Positions 38,678 through 47,856 of a DNA stretch of 63,736 bases are shown one piece after another. The first letter of the stretch is position 1. Every line of letters begins with the position of its first letter. This DNA is from a virus. Its lineage: Duplodnaviria > Caudoviricetes. The notes under the pieces were generated by a model. The model saw nothing but the letters and a program-made list of their open reading frames with translations, was not told the origin of the DNA and did no database searches. The DNA lies in the IMG/VR virus record IMGVR_UViG_3300037467_001854, positions 1 through 63,736 of that record; one strand, written 5' to 3'. A program made the position numbers and the translations under genes.

Positions 38678-39139
38678 TTAAGGTGAAGTCTTCTGCGAAA
38701 AAGTGCTTATATTCCTGCTTAAGGGCACTCTGGAGTCGAGTTCCGGACGCATGTTGACACTTTCCTGAGCCGTCGGCTCGTTGCGCGCACCGATGAAGAC
38801 GGCGGGTGTCGTCTGACTACGATTGACTGCGACATGGGAAACGCCGGCAGGAAAGAAAAAATAATCGCCCGGATGAGCGACATCCTTATGCTCCAACTTA
38901 TCCCCCGTGTATAGCTCGACTTCGTCCCCGCTTAGCATGTAAAACGCTGGTTCATGGCGTTCATGAATATGCGCCTTCGTTCTACCCTCGGGCAGGATAA
39001 TCACCATGCCGAGGAATAGGGCTTGGGACCCCACCGTTTCCATACTAATGCCTGGCGCATATACCGAGCTTTGTTGGGACGTGTAGCTAGCCGCACCGGG
39101 CACGACACAGCCGAGTTTGGGCTTCGCTAAGGAGTCCAT
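38678..39139 (-). CDS. Cupin-domain protein
   Basis: TKAHIHERHE and PGDYFFFPAGVSH cupin motifs; GGAGG RBS. Confidence 0.85.
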   Translation of the reverse strand: MDSLAKPKLGCVVPGAASYTSQQSSVYAPGISMETVGSQALFLGMVIILPEGRTKAHIHERHEPAFYMLSGDEVELYTGDKLEHKDVAHPGDYFFFPAGVSHVAVNRSQTTPAVFIGARNEPTAQESVNMRPELDSRVPLSRNISTFSQKTSP

Positions 39140-39432
39140 TTGACACCTCCACAAAATGGTGGGCCATCACTGGCCATGCAATCACTATAGACGCAAGAGC
39201 TGGCGGCCTCCAGTCACTTTTCGCCGCTTGTTCAGTTGGGTTGAAGCTCTGCTTCTCGGTCTTAACCGGACATAGGGTTCTTAGAGAAAATGTCCGATCT
39301 TGGCCGGATTCGGACAGTGCTTGATGGTTTGAACACTATACGCAGTGTTTCTATTTATCTATGTTTCATTAACTCTGTACGTCGGTCTATGGCCATCGCG
39401 ATACAAATGGGTAGACAAGCGGATTCCGTGTT

Positions 39433-39448
39433 GATACATTAATGTATT
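39433..39448. promoter_or_regulatory. Putative repressor operator upstream of the second recombinase
   Basis: GATACATTAATGTATT. Confidence 0.65.
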
Positions 39449-39475
39449 GTCTGTAAATTCACGGAAGGAGTCCAA

Positions 39476-40459
39476 ATGTCAATCTTCTTACGCGGCAAAA
39501 CGTGGTGGATGGAGGTCACGGTCAACGGCAAGCCGGCGCGCAAATCCGCCAAGACCGCCGATGAGGAAGTCGCCCGCCTGAAGGAGCAGCTCTGGAAGGC
39601 AGAGGTTCGCGAGCAGGCGGCGGGGCCGCGCCGTCCTGCCGCCGGCCGCACATGGCAGGAAGCCTGCGACCGCTGGATCGCCGACCACGCCGACAAGCGC
39701 AGCCACGCGGATGACCTGCGTTACGCGGCATGGTGGAATGAGAAGTTGAAGGGCAAGACGCTCGCCCAGCTCGACCGCCACGACATCAACGCCATCCTCG
39801 AGCGCCGCGCGCGGGACTCCTCGCATTCCACGGCCAACCGCTACCGCGCCTTCTTCACCGCCGTCATCAACGCAGCCGTCGAGGAATGCGACTGGCTCGA
39901 CACGCCCATCAAGGTCAAGCGCTTCCGCGAGCCGAAGGGGATCGTGCGCTTCATGACGATGGAGCAGATCGAGCGCCTGCTGGCGGAGCTGCCGCAGCAT
40001 CAGCGGGACATGGCGGAATTCGCGCTGGCCACCGGCGCGCGGCAGGCGGCGGTCAAGCGGCTGAAGTGGTCGGCCGTGAATCTGGACAAGGCCATGGCGT
40101 GGATCGTGCCGGAGGATTCCAAATCCGGCGAGCCGGTGCCGATGCCGCTGAATGCCACCGCCCGGGAGGTACTGGCGCGCTGCCGCGGAAACCACGCCGA
40201 GTTCGTCTTCACCTACGAGGGAAACCCGATCGCCAACGTGAACACGCAGGCATGGGTCAAGGCGCTGCGCCGCGCGGGACTGGAGGGCTTCCGCTGGCAC
40301 GACATCCGCCACACCTGGGCCAGCCACCACGCCATGAACGGAACCCCGCTGCAGGCGCTGCAGGCAATGGGCGGATGGTCGGATCCGAAGATGGTGAAGC
40401 GCTATGCCCACCTGTCTCCGGAATCGCTGCAGCGGTTCGCTGCCAACGCCGCACGGTAG
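39476..40459 (+). CDS. Tyrosine recombinase / integrase (P22-like)
   Basis: TGAR, SKSG, HDIRH, GGW and RYAHL catalytic motifs intact; AAGGAG RBS. Confidence 0.92.
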   Translation: MSIFLRGKTWWMEVTVNGKPARKSAKTADEEVARLKEQLWKAEVREQAAGPRRPAAGRTWQEACDRWIADHADKRSHADDLRYAAWWNEKLKGKTLAQLDRHDINAILERRARDSSHSTANRYRAFFTAVINAAVEECDWLDTPIKVKRFREPKGIVRFMTMEQIERLLAELPQHQRDMAEFALATGARQAAVKRLKWSAVNLDKAMAWIVPEDSKSGEPVPMPLNATAREVLARCRGNHAEFVFTYEGNPIANVNTQAWVKALRRAGLEGFRWHDIRHTWASHHAMNGTPLQALQAMGGWSDPKMVKRYAHLSPESLQRFAANAAR

Positions 40460-40525
40460 CTCGACCGGTCTACAATACCTGCCCATGCGCCGCTGACTTG
40501 GCGGCGCCAACTTCCGGGGATATGA

Positions 40526-40921
40526 ATGGGCAAGTACACAAGCGTCAGCAAGATGCGAGATAACAATGTGGTCTGGAGCAAACGGGTTTTCTTGGAAGCC
40601 AAGGAACCCGCGATTGCCGCTGTACCTGGGTTCGATATGTTCAGCGCAGTAGAAGCCTCATGCGCAGATGTCGTGTGCGTTCAGGAATCCTCCGGCTATG
40701 CCGTCTGGTACGAGAGGAAGCTCGCGCAGAACGACGAGCGATTCCAGAACGGCGTTGAGAACGGCCTGTACCTGCTCCGCTTCTTCGCCCCCCCGAACCG
40801 CGAGGACGCCATCGAATATGCCGTGCTGGCGGCGAACAATGACAGGGACGCAGCGAAGCAGATCCGCGCCCTCGATTCCCTGGTTCCCGGCTCCATCCAG
40901 CTTGAAGGCGAACTCTGGTAA
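40526..40921 (+). CDS. Hypothetical protein between the two recombinases
   Basis: 131-aa ORF occupying the gap. Confidence 0.6.
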   Translation: MGKYTSVSKMRDNNVVWSKRVFLEAKEPAIAAVPGFDMFSAVEASCADVVCVQESSGYAVWYERKLAQNDERFQNGVENGLYLLRFFAPPNREDAIEYAVLAANNDRDAAKQIRALDSLVPGSIQLEGELW

Positions 40922-40927
40922 GGCAGA

Positions 40928-41947
40928 TCAGGAATACTTCGCGTGGAGATCCTCCGCGCGGAGCTGCGTATAGCGCTGCAGCATCTTCCAGTCCCGGTGG
41001 CCTGAGACAAGGGCCACCTGTTCAATCGCATATCCCTTCTCAAACAGCCGCGACACGCCCTCGTGCCGGAAGTCGTGGAACCGCAGATCCTTGATGCCCA
41101 GCTCCTGACACGCGCGCGGGAAGATCGTGCTGATGGTGGATTCCTTGTAGGGGAAAATCAGCTCGCCGTCCCGCGGCTGCGCCATGACGATGTCGAACGC
41201 CTCGCCCAGCAGCGGCACGATCTGGTCGTTGCCTGTCTTCTCGGTCGGATGCTTGCGGTCGCGGATGACGATGGTGCGCTTCTTCTGGTCCAGGTCCTCC
41301 CAGCGCAGCCGCGTGATCTCGCCGGCGCGCATGGCCGAGGCCACAGCGAAGCGGATGATGGCGGACATCGGCACCTTCTGCCGCGGCTTCGTGTCGAAGT
41401 AGTGGCACAGCCGCTTGATCTCGTCAGCGGTGGGGCGGCGGTCGCGCTCCCGGGACTTCATCGAGATCCCGATGTACTTCAGCCGCTCGCGCGCCTCGGT
41501 AATGGCGTCCTTGTCCACCGGGATCTTCCACAGCGTCTTGGCAATCTTCAGAACACCGCCGAGGTAGGTGAGGTCGATGCCGATGGTGACGCCGCCCGCG
41601 CCGGCGCGCCGCCGCTCGTCGACGAACTTGTTGATGGTGTCGGCATCGATCTCGGCCACGGTCTTCTCGCCGAGCTTTTCCTGCAGCATGGCCAGCACCG
41701 CGGCCTTGTTCTTGCCGAACGGCCGCACCTCGCCGACCTCCTGCCGGTAGCGGGCAATAAGATCGCCGAGCGTTATAGAATGCTGCCTTTTCTCTTCGCT
41801 GAAGCGTCCAGCATCCATTTCCGCTTCCGTCTTGCGCGCCCACTCCACGGCGAGAGCCTTCGTGGGGAAGGAGCGCGTGATGGATTTGTAGCCCTTGCGG
41901 CGGATGTCGGCGACCCAGCTATTGTCACGTTTTCGAATGGAAGGCAT
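40928..41947 (-). CDS. int: Tyrosine integrase, dusA-associated (Rci-like) type
   Basis: SAMRAGEI, RDRKHP, FHDFRHE and SGHRDWKMLQRYT motifs; adjacent attP with a dusA-like 5' end. Confidence 0.93.
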   Translation of the reverse strand: MPSIRKRDNSWVADIRRKGYKSITRSFPTKALAVEWARKTEAEMDAGRFSEEKRQHSITLGDLIARYRQEVGEVRPFGKNKAAVLAMLQEKLGEKTVAEIDADTINKFVDERRRAGAGGVTIGIDLTYLGGVLKIAKTLWKIPVDKDAITEARERLKYIGISMKSRERDRRPTADEIKRLCHYFDTKPRQKVPMSAIIRFAVASAMRAGEITRLRWEDLDQKKRTIVIRDRKHPTEKTGNDQIVPLLGEAFDIVMAQPRDGELIFPYKESTISTIFPRACQELGIKDLRFHDFRHEGVSRLFEKGYAIEQVALVSGHRDWKMLQRYTQLRAEDLHAKYS

Positions 41948-41954
41948 CGCAAAA

Positions 41955-42247
41955 TTTCTCCGTAATTTTCTCCGTAATTTCTCCGTAATTTAGGATCAAG
42001 ATAGCACAAATCCCCTCTAGGGAAATCAAAGATGAAAATACGCTTCCGTATTGCTGATGCCGAGAAAAACTGAATGGATTCAAAGACTTACAAACCGAGG
42101 ACGGTGTCTATAGCCCCGATGATGGATAGGCCAAACAATATCGTAAGGTATTGATTTTAAAATGACTATGGAGGATTCTCCGTAGTTTTTCCGTAGCGGA
42201 TTTTAATTACATTACGGATGAATGCTCTCCGTAGCTTCTTTCCGTAG
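41955..42247. other. attP: arm-type repeats flanking a dusA-like core
   Basis: TTTCTCCGTAA x3 (41955-41988) and TCCGTAG x4 (42176-42247) flank GCCCCGATGATGGA (42113-42126). Confidence 0.8.
42074..42154 (+). other. Replacement 5' end for host dusA
   Basis: Translates MDSKTYKPRTVSIAPMMDR..., resembling the DusA N-terminal S-V/I-APMMD motif. Confidence 0.75.
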
Positions 42248-42436
42248 TTTGTCCAATGCCGCGGCGACGTCGCGGATGTCGGCAGTCAGCGGCTTGCCGG
42301 CCATGGGCACCGGGAATTTGCCGCAGTGGCGGTGGGTGTAGCCGGTCGCCGTCGTGATGCCGAGCGCCTGGCAGACTTCGTCCATGGACAGGCGCGGCTT
42401 GTTGTAGATCGCGAGGAGCATGAACTCGGTCTTCAT
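42212..42436 (-). CDS. Excisionase-like HTH protein (PrtN/AlpA-like)
   Basis: Small HTH protein with KFPVP motif directly beside attP. Confidence 0.7.
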   Translation of the reverse strand: MKTEFMLLAIYNKPRLSMDEVCQALGITTATGYTHRHCGKFPVPMAGKPLTADIRDVAAALDKLRKEATESIHP

Positions 42437-42666
42437 ATTTCGTCCACCTGTTTGATCTCGGTGAAGCGCTTGCCGAAGTCCTCCACTGTCCGATACCACA
42501 GCCGGCCATCTTCGACCGCGCGGTAGACCACGATCACGGGGTCATCGCGGCTCGTCCCGGCGCCCTTGGCCACACCGACTACCTCGTACCATCCGCCGTC
42601 GACATGCTGTACCAGGGTGGCGTATTCAGGTTTTGCGTTGTTGAGTTCCGTGGATTGACGATCCAT
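42433..42666 (-). CDS. DUF1653-like protein
   Basis: HVDGGWYEVVGVA...VVYRA...LWYRTVEDF. Confidence 0.75.
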   Translation of the reverse strand: MDRQSTELNNAKPEYATLVQHVDGGWYEVVGVAKGAGTSRDDPVIVVYRAVEDGRLWYRTVEDFGKRFTEIKQVDEI

Positions 42667-42835
42667 AGCTTCCTTCCTCCAGATCCCGCAGCTCCTCGAC
42701 GAACAGGCTGTTACCGACTTCGGTGGCATCGTTCAGCGGGGTGTGGGACCAGCAATACTTCGAATTTAGTTTAAGGCAGCACCGGTTGAGGCATGCAGGC
42801 ACGGCACATTTTGGCCAGTCTTTGATATCCATCAT
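42626..42835 (-). CDS. Small Cys-rich hypothetical protein
   Basis: GGAG RBS; CAVPAC...C...YCWSH. Confidence 0.5.
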   Translation of the reverse strand: MMDIKDWPKCAVPACLNRCCLKLNSKYCWSHTPLNDATEVGNSLFVEELRDLEEGSYGSSIHGTQQRKT

Positions 42836-42954
42836 TTTCTCCAAATGGGAGGCACCCCGCGAAAGAGGTCTCCGACACCTGAATCGTATAGCTCGTGCTG
42901 ACAGTTCATGCAGAAATATGTATGCCCCTCCAGATGCGCCGTCACGCTGTTTGT

Positions 42955-43311
42955 TTAATGCCTTGTGCCGAACAGTGCCCACTCGAGCTCGTGCGGGACA
43001 CGCCCGGCAGGCGTGAAGTCGGATTTCAGGGCGCGCCTCAAGGCGCGTTGGGGAACGGGACGCGGCGCGTCGACGCCGTGGCCCCACCGGTAGCGGGCGA
43101 TCAGGATCCGGCCGAAGCGGCAGCGATCCCAGCTATCGATGTGGATCTGGCGCGTTTCCTTCAAGTGGTGGAGGTAGCGGTTCACATGCCGGACGCACAT
43201 GTGGACGGTCTCTGCCACCTCCGCAGCGGTGCGCGGCTTCTCGCGCAAGGCCTTCTCGATCCGCCTGAAGTTGGAATGGCACGGCGCCGTGAGGAACTTG
43301 AGATCTGCCAT
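42955..43311 (-). CDS. Winged-HTH protein
   Basis: TAAEVAETVHMCVRHVNRYL. Confidence 0.65.
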   Translation of the reverse strand: MADLKFLTAPCHSNFRRIEKALREKPRTAAEVAETVHMCVRHVNRYLHHLKETRQIHIDSWDRCRFGRILIARYRWGHGVDAPRPVPQRALRRALKSDFTPAGRVPHELEWALFGTRH

Positions 43312-43790
43312 CACAGGCTCCCGAACAGGGCGGCAGTGATCGGGTCGCGCACCGCATGCTCGCCGTTTACCGCGGGCTTGATCCGCACGACCGGCTTGCC
43401 GGTGTCCTGCGGCAGCGGGGTGCGGCTTGGGCGGCCACGCGGCTTCGGCGGCACCGCGCCGGCGGCTTCCAGCTCGCGCCGCTTCTCGCGGATGGCGGTG
43501 TTCAGGCGCTCGCGATCGATGCGCGCATAGTCCTTCTTCGCCGGCTTCGGCTGGTTCATGCCCGGGCCGGCGGTGTACAGGGCCGTCCACGCCTTGCCGT
43601 TCCATGCCCAGCCTGCAATGTGGACGAGCGGGCCGAGCTGGCGGATCGCATCGTCGATGTAGGTCATGTTCGATTCCATCTTGCGGCGCATGTGTTCGCG
43701 CGTCAGGTAGGCATCGTCCAGATGGGTCAGCAGGCGCTGGCGGAACTCAGTCGCCAGCGCGCCGTTCGGATTGCGCTTTTTGGAGTACAT
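43311..43790 (-). CDS. Hypothetical DNA-binding protein
   Basis: Basic ORF in operon, TGATG overlap. Confidence 0.65.
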   Translation of the reverse strand: MYSKKRNPNGALATEFRQRLLTHLDDAYLTREHMRRKMESNMTYIDDAIRQLGPLVHIAGWAWNGKAWTALYTAGPGMNQPKPAKKDYARIDRERLNTAIREKRRELEAAGAVPPKPRGRPSRTPLPQDTGKPVVRIKPAVNGEHAVRDPITAALFGSL

Positions 43791-43971
43791 GAGTTTTTCC
43801 TCTCGAGCGGTAGGTTGCGAGTTCGGATTGCAACGCGGATACGGTAGACTTCAATTCATTAATGTATTGTTCTCGGCGCTGCAATTCGATGGACTGACGG
43901 CCGACCTGCATGCGCAGCTTGGCGATCTCGGCGTCGTTGTCCTGCAGGCTGATGGTGCGGACGGTTCCCAT
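43747..43971 (-). CDS. Coiled-coil hypothetical protein
   Basis: ORF in operon; start inferred. Confidence 0.5.
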   Translation of the reverse strand: MGTVRTISLQDNDAEIAKLRMQVGRQSIELQRREQYINELKSTVSALQSELATYRSRGKTHVLQKAQSERRAGD

Positions 43972-43972
43972 G

Positions 43973-44206
43973 TCAGCCCCGGAAGGTCGGGTAGGGGCGG
44001 GCCGTTTCTTCGTAGACCACCTGAACGGCGTCCATGGCACCCTGATAGTAGCCCCATCGAAGACCCTCGCCGCGGCCTTCATCCTTGCCTTCGATAAAGC
44101 CTTCGTCGAAGCCGTCCTCGAAGCCATCGGTCTCGCCGCGGCGGTAGGCGACCAGGCCGACGATCACGATTGCGGCTACCAGAAATCCGTTGATGATGCT
44201 GGCCAT
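43973..44206 (-). CDS. Small membrane-anchored protein
   Basis: GAGGAG RBS, N-terminal TM segment, DGF/EG repeats. Confidence 0.65.
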   Translation of the reverse strand: MASIINGFLVAAIVIVGLVAYRRGETDGFEDGFDEGFIEGKDEGRGEGLRWGYYQGAMDAVQVVYEETARPYPTFRG

Positions 44207-44272
44207 GCGTTGCTCCTCTCAAGGTTCCGTTGAACATCCAACGTATGGAGCAAGGATACTAAAGTGTATTAA

Positions 44273-44662
44273 TCAGCGCAACGGTTTTGATGACTTTCTT
44301 TTAGCGAAAGTCTCCCGGTGGTGGGATTGCGTGGTCTGGTCGCGGAGGGCGTCTTCGGCAGGATTGGGGAGCAGCCAGGCGGGGAAGGTGGGCAGATGCT
44401 TCTTGATGATGACGCGGGCGCAGCGGCCGCGCGGTCGGCCGGATGGAACCATCATCTTCTCGATGAGGCCTTCGCGGTACAGATCCATGCAGCGGGAGGA
44501 CACGGTCTTGTTGACAGCACCGAGGATGGCACACAGCTCGTCATAGGACCAGTACTTGTCGGGGTCGGTCAGCATGAGCTGGTGGATGCGGCGGGAGAGT
44601 GGTCCGTCGAACATGAGAACCCCCATAGGAGAAGGGGATCCGAAGATCCCCCGGTACTTCAC
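44273..44662 (-). CDS. Winged-HTH protein
   Basis: SYDELCAILGAVNKTVSSRCMDLYREGLI. Confidence 0.6.
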   Translation of the reverse strand: MKYRGIFGSPSPMGVLMFDGPLSRRIHQLMLTDPDKYWSYDELCAILGAVNKTVSSRCMDLYREGLIEKMMVPSGRPRGRCARVIIKKHLPTFPAWLLPNPAEDALRDQTTQSHHRETFAKRKSSKPLR

Positions 44663-44808
44663 TTGCGCTTCGTCGGCGCACCCTTCATGGCGAAGGGGAT
44701 GCCGGCCTTCTTGTCAGCAGCCATATCACGCTTGCTGCCTTCCTTGATGCCGGCCTTCTTGTCGCGCGCGGCATCCTGCTTCTCGGTCATGGGCTTCTTT
44801 GCTGCCAT
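44659..44808 (-). CDS. 49-aa Lys-rich protein
   Basis: GAGGT RBS; internal DKKAGI repeat. Confidence 0.6.
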   Translation of the reverse strand: MAAKKPMTEKQDAARDKKAGIKEGSKRDMAADKKAGIPFAMKGAPTKRK

Positions 44809-45064
44809 GGTTACCTCACTGGTTGGTGGAGTGGAGTCAAAATTCATGACCCCTTACGGGGGTCGGTCGGCACCGGCCTGGTTGAAAGGAGTATTTCCAT
44901 CCGTGTCCGCTGCGGTCAGGCTCTGACTGTCCGACTTGCAGGGGCTCGCTGTGCTGCAGGGTTATCTTCCTGGCTTGGCTACCAGGCGGCGCACTCTTCC
45001 TGCATTTCGCCGAGTGGAGGTAAAACCCCGCGGCTCGCACGGGAAAAACCCTCCACGCATCCGT

Positions 45065-45949
45065 TCAGAACGGCACTTCGTTGAGCTGCGCCTGCCAGTG
45101 CGGACAGAACTTGGCGGCGGTGCAGTAGCTCTCGCAGCGCGGGTATTCGACTGGCCGAGCGATCACGGTGTGACCCTTGCCGGCGGCGGCAGCGGCGGCG
45201 TCGGCCTCTGCCTTGTTGTCATAGAGCTTGACGGCGGACTTCCTGCCGGCCTTCATCAGGGCGAAGACGGGAGGGCGCATCCAGCGCTCGTCATCGGTGC
45301 AGACAGGCGGCTCGCTGGAGGTGTGAAGGAGCACGCGCTTCCGCATGTATTCCCTCGTCACCTCCAGCGGCCAGACCGGGATCTCGAGGGACTCGACCTG
45401 CGTCTGCGGGTAGTCCTTCGTGACCTTGGCCTTGGCCTTCTGCCAGTCCCGGTAGATCGCGATGATGCGCAACCTGTCCGCGATGAACCGGCGGTCACCG
45501 GTCTGCTCGTAGTGGTACTGGCACAGCAGGCGCAGCATGTTCAACTGCTGCTCCCACTCGATCTTCCCGTCGCGCGACCAGACGGTCGTGAACTTGAAGT
45601 CGTTGATGCACCCTGCTTCCAGCAGGTCGAATGCCCCGCTGATGGTGAAGTCGGGCATGTCGAGCCCGATGTACGTCGCCGGCATGAAGATGCGCTGCTC
45701 CGCGACGGAGGTGGCTGCATCGATCGGCATGCGCTCGAGGATGCCATGGCCGACCTGTCCCATCAGGGACCAGATGCGATCGGCGACATCCTCTTCCAGC
45801 TCCGCGGCGTGCTTCGTCAGGAGCTGGTACTGATAAGCAGGGGAGAGCAGCTTCGTGACGCTGATGCTGGCCCCGCCGTTGGTATATGGATCGTTCAACA
45901 CCGCCGCTACGATCGATGCAGGCAAACCCAGCTTGTTCGTCAGTTTCAT
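45065..45949 (-). CDS. PD-(D/E)xK exonuclease, Cas4-like
   Basis: SGAFD...INDFK, EQQLN and C-terminal RCESYC...FC. Confidence 0.8.
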   Translation of the reverse strand: MKLTNKLGLPASIVAAVLNDPYTNGGASISVTKLLSPAYQYQLLTKHAAELEEDVADRIWSLMGQVGHGILERMPIDAATSVAEQRIFMPATYIGLDMPDFTISGAFDLLEAGCINDFKFTTVWSRDGKIEWEQQLNMLRLLCQYHYEQTGDRRFIADRLRIIAIYRDWQKAKAKVTKDYPQTQVESLEIPVWPLEVTREYMRKRVLLHTSSEPPVCTDDERWMRPPVFALMKAGRKSAVKLYDNKAEADAAAAAAGKGHTVIARPVEYPRCESYCTAAKFCPHWQAQLNEVPF

Positions 45950-45970
45950 TCCGCTTCTTCCCCGCACCCG

Positions 45971-46579
45971 TCAGAACGGGATCGCGTCATCCTCGAATTC
46001 GAATTCGGAGGGAGCCTTCTTCGGCGCCGGCGCGGAGCCGAGGGCGGCGTATTCCGGCGAGGCCATGATCATCTTCTTCAGGCCGTCCGACAGGGACTGG
46101 AAGACCGCATCGTCGTATTCCGCCAGGGAGAAGATGTAGGGCTGCTTGGACAGCACCGGTGCCTGCATGCCGGCCGGGAGCTGCATGATCGATGCGATGT
46201 TGGCGTAGACCTTGCCGCCCTTCGGATCCGAGTGGACCACGTTGAGCATGCAGGGTTTGCCGAGCAGGTTGTCGATCTCGAAGCCTTCCAGCTCCTGCGC
46301 CGTGAACTTGCGACCGCGCCAGGATTCGAGATCCTTGCGGAGCAGCGCCTTCTCGTGGAGGGACAGCGTGTACTTGTTGCCGATCATGAAGGGGTTGCCT
46401 TCGGAATCCTTCTCGGCCAGTTCCCAGTTAATCAGCACTTTGTGAGCCGACTTGTCCTTGCCCATGTGCTGGAAGGACTGGGTGCCCAGATCGATGATGC
46501 GGAAGCAGCGGGCCGCGTAGACGCCCGGAGGGACGAGTTCGAAATCCTTCGAGCTGCCAGCAGTTGCGGTGATACCCAT
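45971..46579 (-). CDS. ssDNA-binding-like recombination/replication protein
   Basis: PPGVYAARC...IIDLGTQ; acidic DDAIPF tail; next to the exonuclease. Confidence 0.7.
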   Translation of the reverse strand: MGITATAGSSKDFELVPPGVYAARCFRIIDLGTQSFQHMGKDKSAHKVLINWELAEKDSEGNPFMIGNKYTLSLHEKALLRKDLESWRGRKFTAQELEGFEIDNLLGKPCMLNVVHSDPKGGKVYANIASIMQLPAGMQAPVLSKQPYIFSLAEYDDAVFQSLSDGLKKMIMASPEYAALGSAPAPKKAPSEFEFEDDAIPF

Positions 46580-46699
46580 CTGAATTACCTCGCTTAGATC
46601 GTTTGTAAATGACTTCAACTGACTCCAGCGACATCACAGGAGTAGCAGAAATGATACATCGATGTAGCAACGAAAATCCATAAAAGGATTAATCAGGAC

Positions 46700-46728
46700 A
46701 AAAATAAAGCCGAGTTTGACCTCGGCTT
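46700..46728 (-). terminator. Terminator downstream of cI
   Basis: AAGCCGAG/CTCGGCTT stem with a T-rich tail on the minus strand. Confidence 0.7.
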
Positions 46729-46751
46729 CATCTGTCTGGAGTCATGGACTC

Positions 46752-47414
46752 TTACAGACCAAGGTGTTCAAGTCTCCCAAGGGCTCGACCTACCACCTTG
46801 AGTTGTTTGTGGTCCTTGGAGGACAAGGTGATGCTAGGGTACTTAGAGTTGTCGCAGGAGATAAGAATGTCACCCGTTAGCTGCTGGGACAACCGCCTGA
46901 TCTTTAGATTTTTCCCCACCCAGATCAAGTAAAGACCGCTTCTAGTTATGTCTTTCTCTGCCTTGTTTATCAAGACAATGTCGTATCGATGAAGGGTTGG
47001 CTCCATTTCATCGTCAATAATCGTACAGAATCCCAATTGGGATTCGTCTACTTCTGGATAACGGACTTGAAGGAATTTTGAATTTATTAGGAGAGTGGAT
47101 CCAGCAAAGTCGATCGGATCCTTCTGTGTGCTTTCAATGCGGTCTACCTTTGTGACAAGGCTTCTGTCTTCATACCCATCAGCCTCCTGGTCCAGCCAGC
47201 CTGTAGGCACGTTCGCAGCGGACTCAAGTTCTCTCGCATTTCTCTCACCTATATTGCGTCGGAGAGATTCATTACTCGATAAATAAAGGTTGATCGTATT
47301 TACGTTTTTACCGACCTGTCGGGCAAAGTTTGAACGATTGCCTTCATATTTTTGTTCTATTAACGACAGGAGGTTTTTCCTCCTTTTCTCGTAGACGTCC
47401 ATTGATAGTTCCAT
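46752..47414 (-). CDS. cI: CI-like repressor (HTH plus degenerate S24 domain)
   Basis: N-terminal HTH (RRKNL...NFARQVG...RNIGERNARELE...GWLD); S24-like C-terminus; low GC; divergent from the cro-like gene. Confidence 0.88.
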   Translation of the reverse strand: MELSMDVYEKRRKNLLSLIEQKYEGNRSNFARQVGKNVNTINLYLSSNESLRRNIGERNARELESAANVPTGWLDQEADGYEDRSLVTKVDRIESTQKDPIDFAGSTLLINSKFLQVRYPEVDESQLGFCTIIDDEMEPTLHRYDIVLINKAEKDITRSGLYLIWVGKNLKIRRLSQQLTGDILISCDNSKYPSITLSSKDHKQLKVVGRALGRLEHLGL

Positions 47415-47742
47415 CTTAATATCCTTTCTAATTATTATTTCGACTTATTAGATTCGGCGTTGTTGGTTGGTATTTGGTCTTCTTAGATTCTATTGGGTCT
47501 TATTTATGATCTGCTTTGTAGACGAGTCACCTGTTGTTGAGTCCATACACTATGGGTTGTTGTAAGGGCGCTTCACTAGGGTCTGTCACTCACCGGTGAC
47601 TTCAACGTGAATACTAAATTGTATGACTCACTTATTCAACCTTTGTTTATAAAAATATGGCTTTTTGCGTCAATGGTTTAGGTTCAATCAAACGGGGGAA
47701 CTCTCCAATTTGGCAAAAAGCCGGCAGAAAGACGGCATAAAG

Positions 47743-47758
47743 CTGTATGCATTTCCAG
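47743..47758. promoter_or_regulatory. LexA (SOS)-type box in the cI-cro intergenic region
   Basis: CTGTATGCATTTCCAG, one mismatch from CTGT-N8-ACAG. Confidence 0.6.
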
Positions 47759-47856
47759 TATTTTTTCTACGGAATTTGCTGCCTAGTTTGTGTCCCGATT
47801 GACTACATTTTAGAATGTGTCTCAAATCCACAACTGGATACGAGCGAGGAACGATC

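Noticed and set aside
40928-41947. Shufflon / tail-fibre inversion system suggested by the Rci-like recombinase
   Set aside because: No inverted fibre cassettes or sfx-like repeats seen; attP and the xis-like neighbour explain it as the integrase
41955-41988. Tandem 11-mer as CRISPR or replication iterons
   Set aside because: No spacers; its position beside int and matching copies across the core fit arm-type sites
45065-45949. CRISPR-Cas system suggested by the Cas4-like nuclease
   Set aside because: No repeat-spacer array or other cas genes seen; the context is a phage recombination module
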